Source of the DNA: Octopus vulgaris
Lineage: Eukaryota
Reading direction: 5' to 3'
Assembly: GCA_951406725.2 (NCBI GenBank)
Contig: OX597814.1
Coordinates: 134,292,001 to 134,356,000, forward strand
Length of the DNA: 64,000 bases
In this document: in pieces, positions 13,012 to 25,343 of the stretch
How positions within the stretch are numbered: the stretch's first letter is position 1
How the letters are laid out: each line of letters opens with the position of its first letter
The notes under the pieces: model-generated
The model's database searches: none
What the model was told of the DNA's origin: nothing
What the model saw: only the letters and a program-made list of their open reading frames with translations
Program-made: the position numbers and the translations under genes

Positions 13012-13232
13012 CGAAGAGATGCTGAAAAGTTCCTGACTTTAAGGGTATCGCAAAAGGCTTTGTTGGAGGCCCAACCTTCAGAGCTCTTTTACAGAACGTA
13101 AAAAAGAAACTGAAGGACCGCTGCAATAAATGTGTGAATCTAAAAGGGGAATATACTGTATAAAATTATAATTGACTGATCCTCCTGTATTTTCTTTTAC
13201 CCAAAGCCAGGAACTTTTTCAGCACCCCGTCG
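13012..13232 (+). mobile_element. Mariner-derived MITE
   Basis: TA TSD; TIRs CGAAGAGATGCTGAAAAGTTCCTGACTTT / AAAGCCAGGAACTTTTTCAGCACCCCGTCG; retains the transposase C-terminus KLKDRCNKCVNLKGEY. Confidence 0.85.
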
Positions 13233-13959
13233 TAGTCGATTACATCGAACTCTACTCATTTTATTGATCTCAGAAGGATGAAAGCAAAGTGAACATGAGA
13301 AGGATTTGAATTTAAAACGTAAAGGGACGTAACTAAATATAGGCTGATATTTTATTCGATTCCCTACTGATTCTGCCATCTACCCGACATATTCTAAAGT
13401 ATCGTGTTAGTCCATGACATGTGTTAGTTCATGATTAAATTTACATAAAAATAGCGTAGTTGCTGGTTCCTTTGTCATGTCAAATCATTGGCATTACTGA
13501 TAAGATAGATTCGAATAGAACTTAGAAATAAGTTCTTAGAAGGAAAAACACAGTTTTTAAAAACTTTTGTAATGTCTTCTACACATGAACTTCTCAAAGT
13601 GGCTGTGCACTCCCAACAAGCATTGTTTTCGATGTGAGTTTAATTCCTAGTTCAACTATTTCGTTTGTAATAAGAATTTGTGCGCGCGCATGTGTGTTTC
13701 TGTGAGCGCGCACGCAATATCAGCAGATGGTAACTTTTTCCTCGTATCTACAATATTCAGGTTTTCGTCAGTAATTTAGAGAAGACTGAACTCTGCCTGA
13801 TGGTTTGTCTTGGAAACCATACTATATAAAGACTAAGCCTTTAATGATAGGCCTGACGACACATTAATGGGTTGTTATGCATTTACATTTATCGATATCT
13901 TCCTTTGTGTTGCGAGCAGTGGATAAATAATTTAAGTATATGTGTGGGGAGGTGTACAC

Positions 13960-14005
<46 letters not shown>

Positions 14006-14008
<3 letters not shown>

Positions 14009-14420
14009 AGGGGGTACCCAAAAGTAACCAGAAACGTTCTCTGCAGGACAATCCCGTTGTAGTTCAGGCTTCTGCCGGTAGAAGCCGCTTGATGCAACCC
14101 TCAGGTATCAGTTTGTCGACCGGCGTCGTCGTGTGGAGTCGTACTGCCACGTGGTGCGTCTTTGGTAGTTCATTGATGGCTGAAAGGAAAGGACAGCCTG
14201 CTTTCTGCTGGAGAAACCGGCGTCTGAAACAGTTGTCATGCTTCAAAGAGCGTATAAGGACGCTGCCATGAGCAAAACACAAATTTACGAGTGGTTTCAG
14301 GATTTAGGAATGGTCACTTGTTAGAAGACCAGCCTCGTTTAGAGCGACCGTCGACCTCTAGAACGAACGAAAACATCACGAAAATTCATGAACTGATCTT
14401 GGAAGACCATCGCCAAACAG
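14006..14420 (+). mobile_element. Mariner transposon 5' fragment
   Basis: CGAGGGGGTACCCAAAAGT terminus; ETVVMLQRAYKDAAMSKTQIYEWF...LEDQPRLERPSTSRTNENITKIHELILED (HTH region). Confidence 0.8.
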
Positions 14421-15233
14421 ATTACATAACTTATTCCCTTGAACAAGTTGTTAACGAAAATGCAACTGCTCAATGTATTAAGCTTGCTGCTTCTTTAATT
14501 TTGGAAGCTGCTGGCGTCTGGGATGTCGTTTTCGTACAGCCTGGTATTTGCATATAGTTTGATTGATTATTCTGCTTTTGGAGTCCGATAGAATGTTAGT
14601 TTTATGGTCTTTCAGTGTAATGCTAAGCATTCTGTTCAATCATCTGTATGTAAACTTATTGCCGACAACTGTATTTCTCTGTTGAGTAAGTTGTATTGAA
14701 GTTTACGCTTTTTATGCTTTGGTTTTGTTGTTCAAGAAGAGATGTTGATCGTTTTATCAACATTTTTTTTTGTTTTAACTGCGAATGTGAAGGTTATTTT
14801 TCGTATATCCGTAGTGATTTAGCGTTTTTGGGCAATTTATTTTGGAAGATGTTTCAATAATTATTACGTCTTACCTTCTTTATTCTATAAGATCTGCTTT
14901 GAAGCATATGTGTACAATCATGCCTCTGTGTGTGCATGTGTGGGCATGAGTGCATAAGTGTGTGTGTGTGAGAGCGCACGTATGTACGAGATGTGGATTG
15001 TCTAAGCCCTTAGAATGTGTATATTTTTTGCTTGTTTGTGTTATTGTTGCTTTTTTTTCAGTATTCAGAACATTTGTGAGTGTGTGTGTAACTATTTATT
15101 CATAGTTTTAAAATTGTACATATCTATCATCAGCTATTTCTATTTCCTACAGCGCATGTGCAAAAACCGATAGTCATTTCCGCCCATCGATATTATTTCT
15201 GTGATGCAAATTCGTTTTTATCATTGTTCTAAG

Positions 15234-15270
15234 AATACCCTTGTGCAAGCTAGGCTTGCACAAGGGTATT
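15234..15270. repeat. Perfect 17-bp hairpin, DINE-1/Helentron-associated (HINE)-like terminus
   Basis: AATACCCTTGTGCAAGC-TAG-GCTTGCACAAGGGTATT; ATACCC...GGGTAT is typical of HINE subterminal inverted repeats. The hairpin is certain; the family assignment is inferred. Confidence 0.55.
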
Positions 15271-15478
15271 TTCAAATATCAAAAAATTTCAATTCCATTT
15301 GTTTCTGTCATCAATATTTCTCTCTTCCATAAATTTTAGAGTTCTTTCTCAAGATCCGTTTCCGTGTTGGCTTTCGTTGCATCTTTACCCACAGAAACAT
15401 GCACATAAACGCATGCGCGCGCATACGTACTTCAACAACAGCAACAATAAACAAAGCAACCTCACTCAAACATTCAAT

Positions 15479-15530
<52 letters not shown>

Positions 15531-16225
15531 ACGCATGTTGCATGTCAGTGAGGGAGCCTCTGTATGGTCGCTCGATCTGTTAGAAATAGTAGTCACATCT
15601 CCTTCAAACTTCATCATGCTGTCTTATGTATGTTTATATGTAAGTATGAAACAACTAACATGACATCTACATGGTAGCAACTTCCCACTGAAATTGTAGC
15701 CAAATATCCCTCAAATCACAACCGACCGTCTTAAAAAACTTTCGCATGTTAATATAGTTCTTCATGCAGAGAAGATAAGTGCAAGGATGGCGGATCTAGC
15801 CAATAATATACTTTTCCAAGCTGAATTGCCGGAGTTATTTCGCTTTTTCCAGAAAAATGTTTTTAAAAAGTTATAGAGGTTTAAAGTTTAATCATTTTCA
15901 ACCAGTCAGGGAACAGGAATTGGAAGCTGTCATTTTATGCGTGACTGCATATTTTGTCGTCAACATCCTGAAAATAGTACGTGTTGTCAATATTTGTAAA
16001 CAACACGTCTTTTGTAGTTTTAAGCATTCAATATGCATTTAATGCGATAGCACGAACTTAAATATTTATCTTAAAACAAAATAGCGTTTTACAAATTAAA
16101 TATTAAAAAAAAAACTTTGAAAACGAAAACTAAAAATGCATTCAATCAATTTCTCGAACAAATCATAATTTTCATATCCCCTGCGCTACATAAATTCACA
16201 TGCTAAATTGTCATCAGATAGGTGA

Positions 16226-16610
16226 TGGAAGCACTCCGTCGGTTACGACGATGAGGGTTCCGGTTGATCCGAATCAACGGAACAGCCTGCTCGTGAAATT
16301 AACGTGTAAGTGGCTGAGCACTCCACAGACACGTGCACCCTTAACGTAGTTCTCGGGGATATTCAGCGTGACACAGAGAGTGACAAGGCCGGCCCCTTGA
16401 AAGACAGGTACAACAGAAACAGGAAGTAAGAGTGAGAGAAAGTTGTGGTGAAAGAGTACAGCAGGGATCACCACCATCCCCTGCCGGAGCCTCGTGGAGC
16501 TTTTAGGTGTTTTCGCTCAATAAACACTCACAACGCCAGGTCTGGGAATCGAAACCGCGATCCTATGACCGCGAGTCCGCTGCCCTAACCACTGGGTCAT
16601 TGCGCTTCCA
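16226..16610 (-). mobile_element. Full-length tRNA-derived SINE (GGAGGCGCAATGGCCCAGTGG head family), tail type 1
   Basis: 14-bp TSD CATCAGATAGGTGA (16212-16225, 16611-16624); A and B boxes (GGTTTCGATTCCC). Confidence 0.9.
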
Positions 16611-16689
16611 CATCAGATAGGTGAAACAAGTGGTTTCAATGTATTTGTCAACACGTGCTTTCTCGCAGACAAAACAGTTCTCATGTTCT

Positions 16690-18085
16690 GCTTGTTACTA
16701 TGGAAACAGGCATGAACGGAGTGAGTAGGGTATTGATCAATTTAGATCAATCGAAAACCTTTGATAGGATCGACCACCAGTACTTGATGACAGTCCTTAC
16801 GACACTCAGTTTCGGCCCTGTCTTCCATGAATAAATCGCCGAAATGTATAGCGGTTTGGATAAATGGTCACCTTTTGAAACATTCAGTATTATTCACTTA
16901 GTCCGTCAATGTTGTCCCTTCTCACCTCTTCTTTATGTACTGACACTTCCTCCTTTTCATATGATACTTTATAGAGCGGATAAGTAAAGAATCTGGAGTG
17001 AGTAGAGTATTGATCAATTTAGATCAATCGAAAACCTTTGATAGGATCGACCACCAGTACTTAATGACAGTCTTCACGACACTCGGTTTCGGTCCTGTCT
17101 TCCATGAATAAATCGCCGAAATGTACAGCGGTTTGGATAAATGGTCACCTTTCGAAACATTCAGAATTATTCACTTAGTCCGTCAATGATGTCCCTTCTC
17201 ACCTCTTCTTTATGTACTGACACTACTGCGGAAACTGGAAAAGTTGAGAGGCATCCCACACAAACTAGGATACAAAAGAATCGTGTCGGCATAAGCCGTC
17301 GACATCACTGCATTAATGTCGATATCAACACTGCTATAAAGAACTACAAAGCAGTGACAGGAGCAAAAACCAATCACAGAAAGTCAGTGAACTTGCAGCT
17401 CAACACCTGTAGAGGCAAATCCATACCGTTCAATAGCGCCGTGGAGAACTGAACGAACAGACCAGTTAAATTGCTCGGGACTTGATATGGTGCAGATCTC
17501 CAGGTGGAGAAGAACTGGGATGAGGTGGCGAGTAGTGGCTAATCTCACTCAAAAATGAACCGAGAGAAAGCTAGTTTTGAAAGTTTAGACAGAGGTGGCG
17601 AACGTTCACATTGCTTATTACCTATTTCTTTATTGCCCACAAGGGGCTAAACATAGAAGGGACAAACAAGGACAGACATAGGTATTAAATCGATTACATC
17701 GACCCTAGTGAGTAACTGGTACTTAATTTATCGACCCCGAAAGGATGAAAGGCAAAATCGACCTCGGCGGAATTTGAACTCACAACGTAACGACAGACGA
17801 AATACCGCTAAGCATTTCGCCCGGCGCGCTAACGTTTCTGCCAGCTCTACCGCCTGACCATTGTGTCTTGCTCTCCGGTTCAGCGCCTGTTCTTCCACTT
17901 TCTGCGGAGAGGGGCGTTCCACTGATCAGGCACTTTATTTTCTTTCAACACCCACTGAGTGGCAATCTTGGCATACTGTGATTAATGATACACAAACAAG
18001 CACTGAATCTGCAGCATCTCCAATAATATCTTGACGGTGAACACGCGTGGTTTCCGTTTGTCAAACGGGTATTTCCACAGCTCGT
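16690..18085 (+). mobile_element. Decayed Tx1/L1-type RT fragment containing a 230-bp direct duplication and a nested SINE (17623-17855)
   Basis: VLINLDQSKTFDRIDHQYLMTV (Tx1-like LDQEKAFDRVDHQYL); PSPLLYVLTL; YKAVTGAKTNHRKSV. Confidence 0.75.
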
Positions 18086-18984
18086 CAGAATTGTTACTAT
18101 CATCATCATCGTTACCGATTAACCAAAAGATTGATTCATTTCTCATTAAAAGTGTGGATCCAAATATAACAAGTGAAGATCTTTAAATTAAGAAATTATC
18201 TTATGCTGAAACAAAAATACTTTCTATCAATCAAAACTTTTTGAAAATGTTCAGTTTTAGATATAGAGTTATTTCCCTTGAACCTAACAGGCCTTTTATG
18301 CGTGAACATTCTGTTACTTTTATTGTATTTTGAAAGGCAAAATGTTTTTTACTTTTCATAACTAAACTAATATCATTAATAGTTTATCGGCAATCCACAA
18401 CATTTTGATTAGTCCATTGGCTTTATGAATCATCGTTCATTTCAAAAATTAAGAAAACAATGTGGTATAGTTAATAACTAACGTTTATAAAAACATTATT
18501 TATCAACATCGGTCTTTCATTAATGTCTGACAAAATGCTGTAAGGTATTTCTGCCATCCCTTTAAGTTCTCAGTTCAAATTCCGCCAAAGTCTGGCGGAG
18601 TGATTTATGATATTTAGTTAGTTTTTCTATGCTCTGAATTTGAATACAGATTGACCTTTCCTGACATCCTTCATGGGTTGATAAAATAAGTATCAGTCAA
18701 GTACTTGCGCCCCAAAAATCAGTTCGAACAAAGTTTGTGTTAACTACACGGAGACGTTAACTCCAAGGGAAGTAACTCTTCCTAGTGTTATAGCGCAAAA
18801 ATAGCTATCATACATATATATGTACGTGTGTGTGTAATTATGTATGTATGTGGGTATGTATGTATGTTTTAAAAGTAGTTAAATGTAAGGATCAAACTAT
18901 ATAAGAATGTTTGTTAGAAATGTATATCCGTCCATATATAGATGCATGTGGATATATTCTATTTTACTTGTATGTCTTAAATCC

Positions 18985-20940
18985 TTTAAAATGTTTTAGC
19001 CCGAAGGCCGCGGCCATGCTGGGGCAGCACCGCTGTTTATTTTATTTTATTTAACTTTATCATATTGTATTATCTATTTCTGTCTTTTGTTTTATAAACA
19101 GTAAGAATATAATAACCTGTTTGGATGAAAATCTGATTTTCACCAACAAACCACGTGCAGACATGAACAGAGGGGAAGGAAAAATGGGGAGAAAAAAAGG
19201 AAAAGGACAGAAAAACTTAAGGAAAAAAGAAAAAGGGAAAGGAAAAAATTTAAATCACTACATCCCGCAGTGATCACAGTAGGTACACCACCAATTGTAC
19301 AAACAATATTCACACAAATCTGTAGGCAGATGCACACCACACACAAATTGAAAAGAAAGCACTCTATTTCGCATGAGAGTCACCGTAACATCTATTACAA
19401 AGACACTAATGATCACTGTCCCCCCCCCCGCCTCCACCATTTCAGCGCTTTTGATCTTGATCTGAACTATTCAACAGTTTATCTTCTTTATCTCGTTTTG
19501 CTCTATTCCTTCTGCCATTTTGTCAAAAAGCTGCACCTGGTTGCATAAGGATAGGAGTTTGAAACAGAATTTAATTCCATCATGATGATATGCAGGAGAT
19601 GATATATATGTTTTGTTGTTCAGTGGCAACACTGAAAATAGTTTTTGAAAGGGGCTGTATGTGTGAAGTGATGTTCTAGTTGATGGTGCGTGTGTGTTAC
19701 TAGAGTTTGGGATTTACAATGTTGGATCAGGTTTAGATCAGCCTTCATATTTTCGAGATAATTCAATAAAAAAGTATTTTCTCTTTGGTTAGTCATTTGA
19801 TTGGGAGTTACTGTGTATGCTTATTTTACTTGGTGTTGTGGTTTTTCCATAGTTCTTTCTTCTTTGGTTGGTATTAAGAGGTGGAATGTGGTTGTATTTT
19901 GTTTTTGTTGGACTTCCCTGTTGCAGCTTACTTTTCATGTTTTGAATCTTTCAGATGGTGGGCAGGCTTGTTGTCTTTTGTACATCTATATTTAGGGTCA
20001 GACCATGGACTCTGTATTTGGAGTGAAGGTATGGGCAGTCTTTTCCAGTTATACCATATGGACAGGTGCCCTTAATAAGTCTATGGCATAAGGAAGGATG
20101 AGAGAAAGGGCAGTATTCCTTGTTGTTCAAGCTGCTGAAGCTGAATTTACAGATACCCTGAGAATGATAACAGCAAATTTTTTTAAATGGAGGAGGTTTT
20201 TCTACATTGGCATGTGGAGTAGAGAGCTGAACATAGTAGTAGTAGACTGTTGAAGCAAATTCTGACCTGTCAGAATGGTAGCAGTCTGTTGTGGTAGTGA
20301 CTCACAACTTACTACTGTAGGGTTGGGTGGAACTAGGTCAGATGGTGAAACTAAAGCAGATGTTATTTGCTGCTGGGCTAACAGATCATTGAAGTGACCC
20401 CTGATGTTGCTATTGGGTTAGCTGGTGCTCTAAATCCATTGACCAGTATAGCTTCTAGTTTGTCCACATGCATGTGTATGATGTAGAATGTTCTTGTTTT
20501 TTGTTCTCAATTTGCTTTTCAGTTCTATAAAAGGACTACAAAGCTAATTTTTCAATGATTTAGCAGTAAATGCTAGATGTTTTACCATTGTTATGATGAG
20601 TGTACCATTTGTAAATTAGAGCACCAATTTCATTTTCTGCCCAGTGACATTTTAGAATGTTATTGGCCACGTTTAGTAGAGGAGTGTTATATACTGTACG
20701 TTATTAAATGACTTAATGTATAATTATGTATGTGTCATATCGATGTATGTGGAAATAAAAATGCATGGGTATATGAGTGTGTGGATTCAATGTAGTTAAT
20801 GCAAGTTTGGAGAAATTAACTGTGTATTTGATACAAATCAAAAGAAATTAACAGCATACTCACAAGTCTAGTTTTAAAATCAAGATTTCTTTGAGTTTAT
20901 AAACTTATATAAATTTCCACAGAGTGATTTGTATCTTCCT
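18985..20940 (-). mobile_element. Possible internally deleted CR1-like element (ORF1 CCCH finger remnant plus CR1-type 3' tail)
   Basis: 20023-20088 (-) encodes CHRLIKGTCPYGITGKDCPYLH; tail CCCCAGCATGGCCGCGGCCTTCGGGCTAAAAC at about 18993-19024. Linkage of the two parts is inferred. Confidence 0.4.
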
Positions 20941-22079
20941 AGGGATGAGGGAGGGGAGGCGAATCTCCCGGTCACAGAGGAGACGCACCCTCCTCAGGTG
21001 AGAAGAAAAGAAAAGAGGAAGAGGAAGAGAAACAGGACATTGCCGCAGTCAGTGACATAGTACCGGAATGTCCCGGAACCTCGTCAGTGGGGGTTGTGCC
21101 ACTAGCAGGGGAAGAGATACTGACGGTGGGAATTCTGCCGCCGACAGTAGAAATGACTACCTCGTCCCAGGAGGAAGATGAATTATTGGTCTTCTACAGA
21201 GGTGGTGTTGGAAAAGCACCATAAGGGAGTACCTTTAGCCTGCACACAGGATCCCGAATGGCCTCTGCAGATAGCAGTGGAGGTCATAATGTTGCCCGTG
21301 TTGCGTATGCTGCAGGTACTCAACGAGGAATATTGCTTGTGGCCGGGCGATGCTGACACAGTACCCGCCTTGTGCTTGAATGAGGCGTGGGTGATAGCAG
21401 AGGATGGGGTCCCAAGCGATGTTGGAGAGGAATATGGAAAAGAGGTTGAAAAGCCTCAGTGTTATTGGAAGTTCCTAGTTTGGGAAAAAAGGTAAGAGGC
21501 TTAGTGCCTCATTCTGTTATTGAATTGTGAACAATGTAAGAGGTTTGTTGCCTCATGAATAATATAAGAGATCAATAGTCTTGGGAAAAAAACGATTGGC
21601 AGGCATCACTTTTTCCCCCAATTAATCATTTTCCTTTTTCATTTCATGTAACATTATGTCTGTGTCCAGCCCGCAGCTTCCTATCTCTATGTAAGGCCTT
21701 TATGGCAACTATAATGAAATAAAGAAGCTTGCTTCCCAACTACATGGTTCCAGGCTCAGTCCTACTGCATGGCACCTTGGGCAAGTGTCTGCTACTATAG
21801 CCTCAGACCAACCAAAGCCTTGTGAGTGGATTTGGTAGACAGAAACTGAAAGAAGCCCTCACATATATATACATATCTATGTGTGTGTCTGTCCCCCCCA
21901 TCATCACTTGACAACCGATGTTGGTGTGTTTACATACTCGTAACTTAGTGGTTCAGCAAGAGACCAACAGAATAATCAGGCTTAAAAAATTCATTCAACT
22001 AAAAATTCAAGGCAGTGCCCCGCCATGACTGAAACAAGTAAATGATAAATATATATACACACACACACTCTCTCTCTCT

Positions 22080-22420
22080 GTAGAGTGGTTGGTGTTACAA
22101 AGGGCATCCAGCTGTAGAACCAAGCAAAAACAGACTGGAGCCTGGTGCAGCTCCTGTCAAACCATTTTCCTCATGCTAGCATGGAAAATGGATGCTAAAT
22201 AATGATGATTTTATAAAGCACCATTCAAGCGAGGTTGATGTCAGTGCTGCCTGACTGGTTCCCATGCTGGTGGCACATAAAAAGCACCATTCAAGCGTGG
22301 TTGATGCCAGTGTCACCTGACTAGCCCTTGAACCAGTGGCCACAGGAAGGGCATCCTGCTAAAAAAGAAAAAACACCTCAGTAAACCTGTCCAACCCATG
22401 CCAACACTAAAAAGTGGACA
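22080..22420 (+). mobile_element. RTE 3'UTR-derived repeat fragments
   Basis: AAGGGCATCCAGCTGTAGAA, CATGCTAGCATGGAAAA and TGCTGGTGGCAC..AAAAAGCACC motifs; also at 25600-26300 and 46920-47160. Confidence 0.7.
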
Positions 22421-23511
22421 TAAAATCATAACATAGAATATAGAACACTGAAAAGAATTAAATTTGAAATAACAATCCTTGCAATTCAGCTTTCCTTTAA
22501 TCAGAAAGAATTTAGTTTCTTTCTAAGTGGACAAAAAACCCAGCTTTTATAAGAGGGGTAATGAATATTCATGACTTTCCAAAGTGTATCATAATAAAGG
22601 AGGATTGAAATTGCTTCATCTGAAAAGAAAACCAAATTATAAATTCTGTTTATACACAGTTTATCTCTTGCTGTAGCTGTTGACACCTACTATAAAAAGT
22701 GGTTCGTTTTTCAGATGAAATAAGAGACGAAAAGAATATTAAATTACATTAAAAACAAAACTTGAGTCTGAAACCTGGAAAATGGAAAGCAAATCATGGA
22801 AACTTATGACTTTAATGCAATTTACAAAAGAATTAGTGCAATAGAAGTGGAGTTTATACTAATTAAAATTCTTTTATTATATAATATTTTTACTTCACAC
22901 ACAAACACACATGCAAACACACACACATACACACACACAAAAATCCATTCTGTATAAATGCACAACCATTTGTTTAACAACCATAATTTATGTTAATATA
23001 CAGAGTTGAAAAATGAAAATTTATATTTTACATCCTTGGTAAAACTAAGCCAGCACAGAGTTTCTGCAGTTGCCAGGAAATATGTTTAACTTTTGTTAAA
23101 AGTAAAATTATAATCCTTCTGATTCTATACCACTGCAGACTCACTGCATTTATGCAGTTTCCGGAAGCTGGGACACGGTCTCAAATCCTGAAGTTTGCAA
23201 CTAGCCCTGTCAAGAGGATCCAAATATTTGAGAGACAAGTGCACTAAGACCTCTTGTCAGTTGATCCATCAGAGCTGCAGTAAACTATAGATATTAGCCC
23301 AGTGGATTTATCTTCGAAACCCAAATACCTGATGATTTTTATTGTTCATAAATTCATACAAAAAGAGAAAACAAAGTAAAGTCAGTCTTCAGCTAAAATG
23401 TGTCACAGGGAATGTGTTAACTTTGTCCAGTTCAAAGAATTACACACACAAAATAGTGCTCAGGAATTATCATCATCAGCTGTACAGCAAAAGACTATAC
23501 ACACACAACCT

Positions 23512-23572
<61 letters not shown>

Positions 23573-24516
23573 GTGTGAATGGTACAAATGCTAATGTGAA
23601 ACTATTTCAAACAAAGTAATCACAAAGAAAAAAATTGAAAGAGTCTGCAGAAAAAATAGTGAAAGTCTTGGTGAAACAATTTGGTCATACTAGAATGTCT
23701 TCTTTAAACACCAACTAAAAGAAAATCTATTTCAAGTGTTCCCTTTATTGTTTGGTTCTGTTTATGTTGGTCTTCTTATTTGTGGAAAGATGTTTCTTTT
23801 CTTCTCATAATTTCCTTGATATTTATATTCTTAAAGTCCTGCTTAAGAAATTGTTCTGTTGTTCCAAAGATGAAATCCAAAACGAAACTTATTTCTCAAA
23901 TGCAAGTGTGTATATAAATTTTATATATATATATGAAAAATAATGTGAAAGGATTATTTATATATATATATATATATATAAGGATGGATTAGTAAATATA
24001 TAGAGTGGACTTTCAAAACACAGAGTAACAATTTTCATAATACATAAAACATGACTTTGTATTCCATTATTTGTTGGTGGTGATAATTTTTTGCAGCAGT
24101 TATTGTGCTCTTTCATTTCTATAACATATAGATGGGTTATATTTTTCTTTTTTTTTTTTTCAAACTAGGCTCTATGCCAATTTTTTTATAGCAGAGAGAG
24201 TATAGTTGATTGAATCAATATTAGTGTATTATGGTTATTTTTTTAAAACAATCTGAGAGGTAAATGTGATGCTGGTGTCATGAAACTAAATATTGCAAAG
24301 CATTTAATCCATGCCCTTCTACGCTAGCCAACCATCATCAGACAACTTAACAAGGATAACAAAGTACAGAATTTAAAAGATGTTAACATTTGTTGACAGA
24401 AATTTGGTCAAAAATACAGCTGTTTCTCCTTGATGTATGTGTATATCATACAAATGGTTCAAATAAATGATTTAAGTGTATTAAATAATAGATGTTAAAT
24501 CTTGAAATGGCACTGG

Positions 24517-24633
24517 TCAATCATTCAACTGCCTTAGGATATTATTTATCTGTTCACATGTTTCTTTAACACGAGATGACTTCTGAGAAAGACTTTGGTA
24601 ATTCAGCTCCATCATTTTCACCAAGGCACATAC
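24517..24633 (-). CDS. DESI1: DESI1 terminal coding exon 11 ([38 protein letters not shown])
   Basis: T-rich ATCAG acceptor; '[13 protein letters not shown]' resembles the PUL C-terminus of PLAA (KVSECCRFILNLL, from memory); TGA at 24517-24519. Confidence 0.8.
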   Translation of the reverse strand, partial: VCALVKMMELNYQSLSQKSSRVKETCEQINNILRQLND

Positions 24634-25064
24634 CTGATAAAAAAAAATTAATAATTATTTTTCCTTACATATATTCGGTCAATGTTTATAGGGAAGAATA
24701 TTTAGAAAACTTAATCGACCTAAAGATACTTATTTTATCAACCTTGACAGAAAGATAAAAGATGGAGTTGACTAAGGCAAGATTTAAACTCAGAACCTCA
24801 TGTTGTCTACAGATTATTCCAGAGCAAAGGTAAACATTCTCCAATATTCGATACCTTGGTCTTGGCAGCAGAAGACTAGTTCCAATGCTGCAATATCTCA
24901 GAGCATGATGCAAAGCGTGTGGTGATAAGAAGATGTCCCAGTCATAAACTCGTAAAAGTGTCTTCTACTGCAACGCCAGACTGACCGAAACCTTTTAAGT
25001 GGACTTGTTAGATGAAAACTGAAAGAAGCCTGTCATATATATATATAGACATATTTATTTATAC

Positions 25065-25109
<45 letters not shown>

Positions 25110-25302
25110 TAAATACACATACATAAACATATATATATATATACACATATATACACACATATATACAAACATATATACACACACACATATATATATATAC
25201 ACACATATATACAAACATATATACACACATATATAGATATATATACACACATATATACACATATATTTATACACACACATATATACACACACATATATAT
25301 AT

Positions 25303-25343
<41 letters not shown>

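Noticed and set aside
14440-14880. Penelope GIY-YIG remnant on the minus strand
   Set aside because: Only a faint resemblance; too decayed to support without a profile search.
23100-23330. Additional DESI1 coding exon
   Set aside because: All frames stop soon after the acceptor-like site and the CDS is already complete; at most this is UTR.
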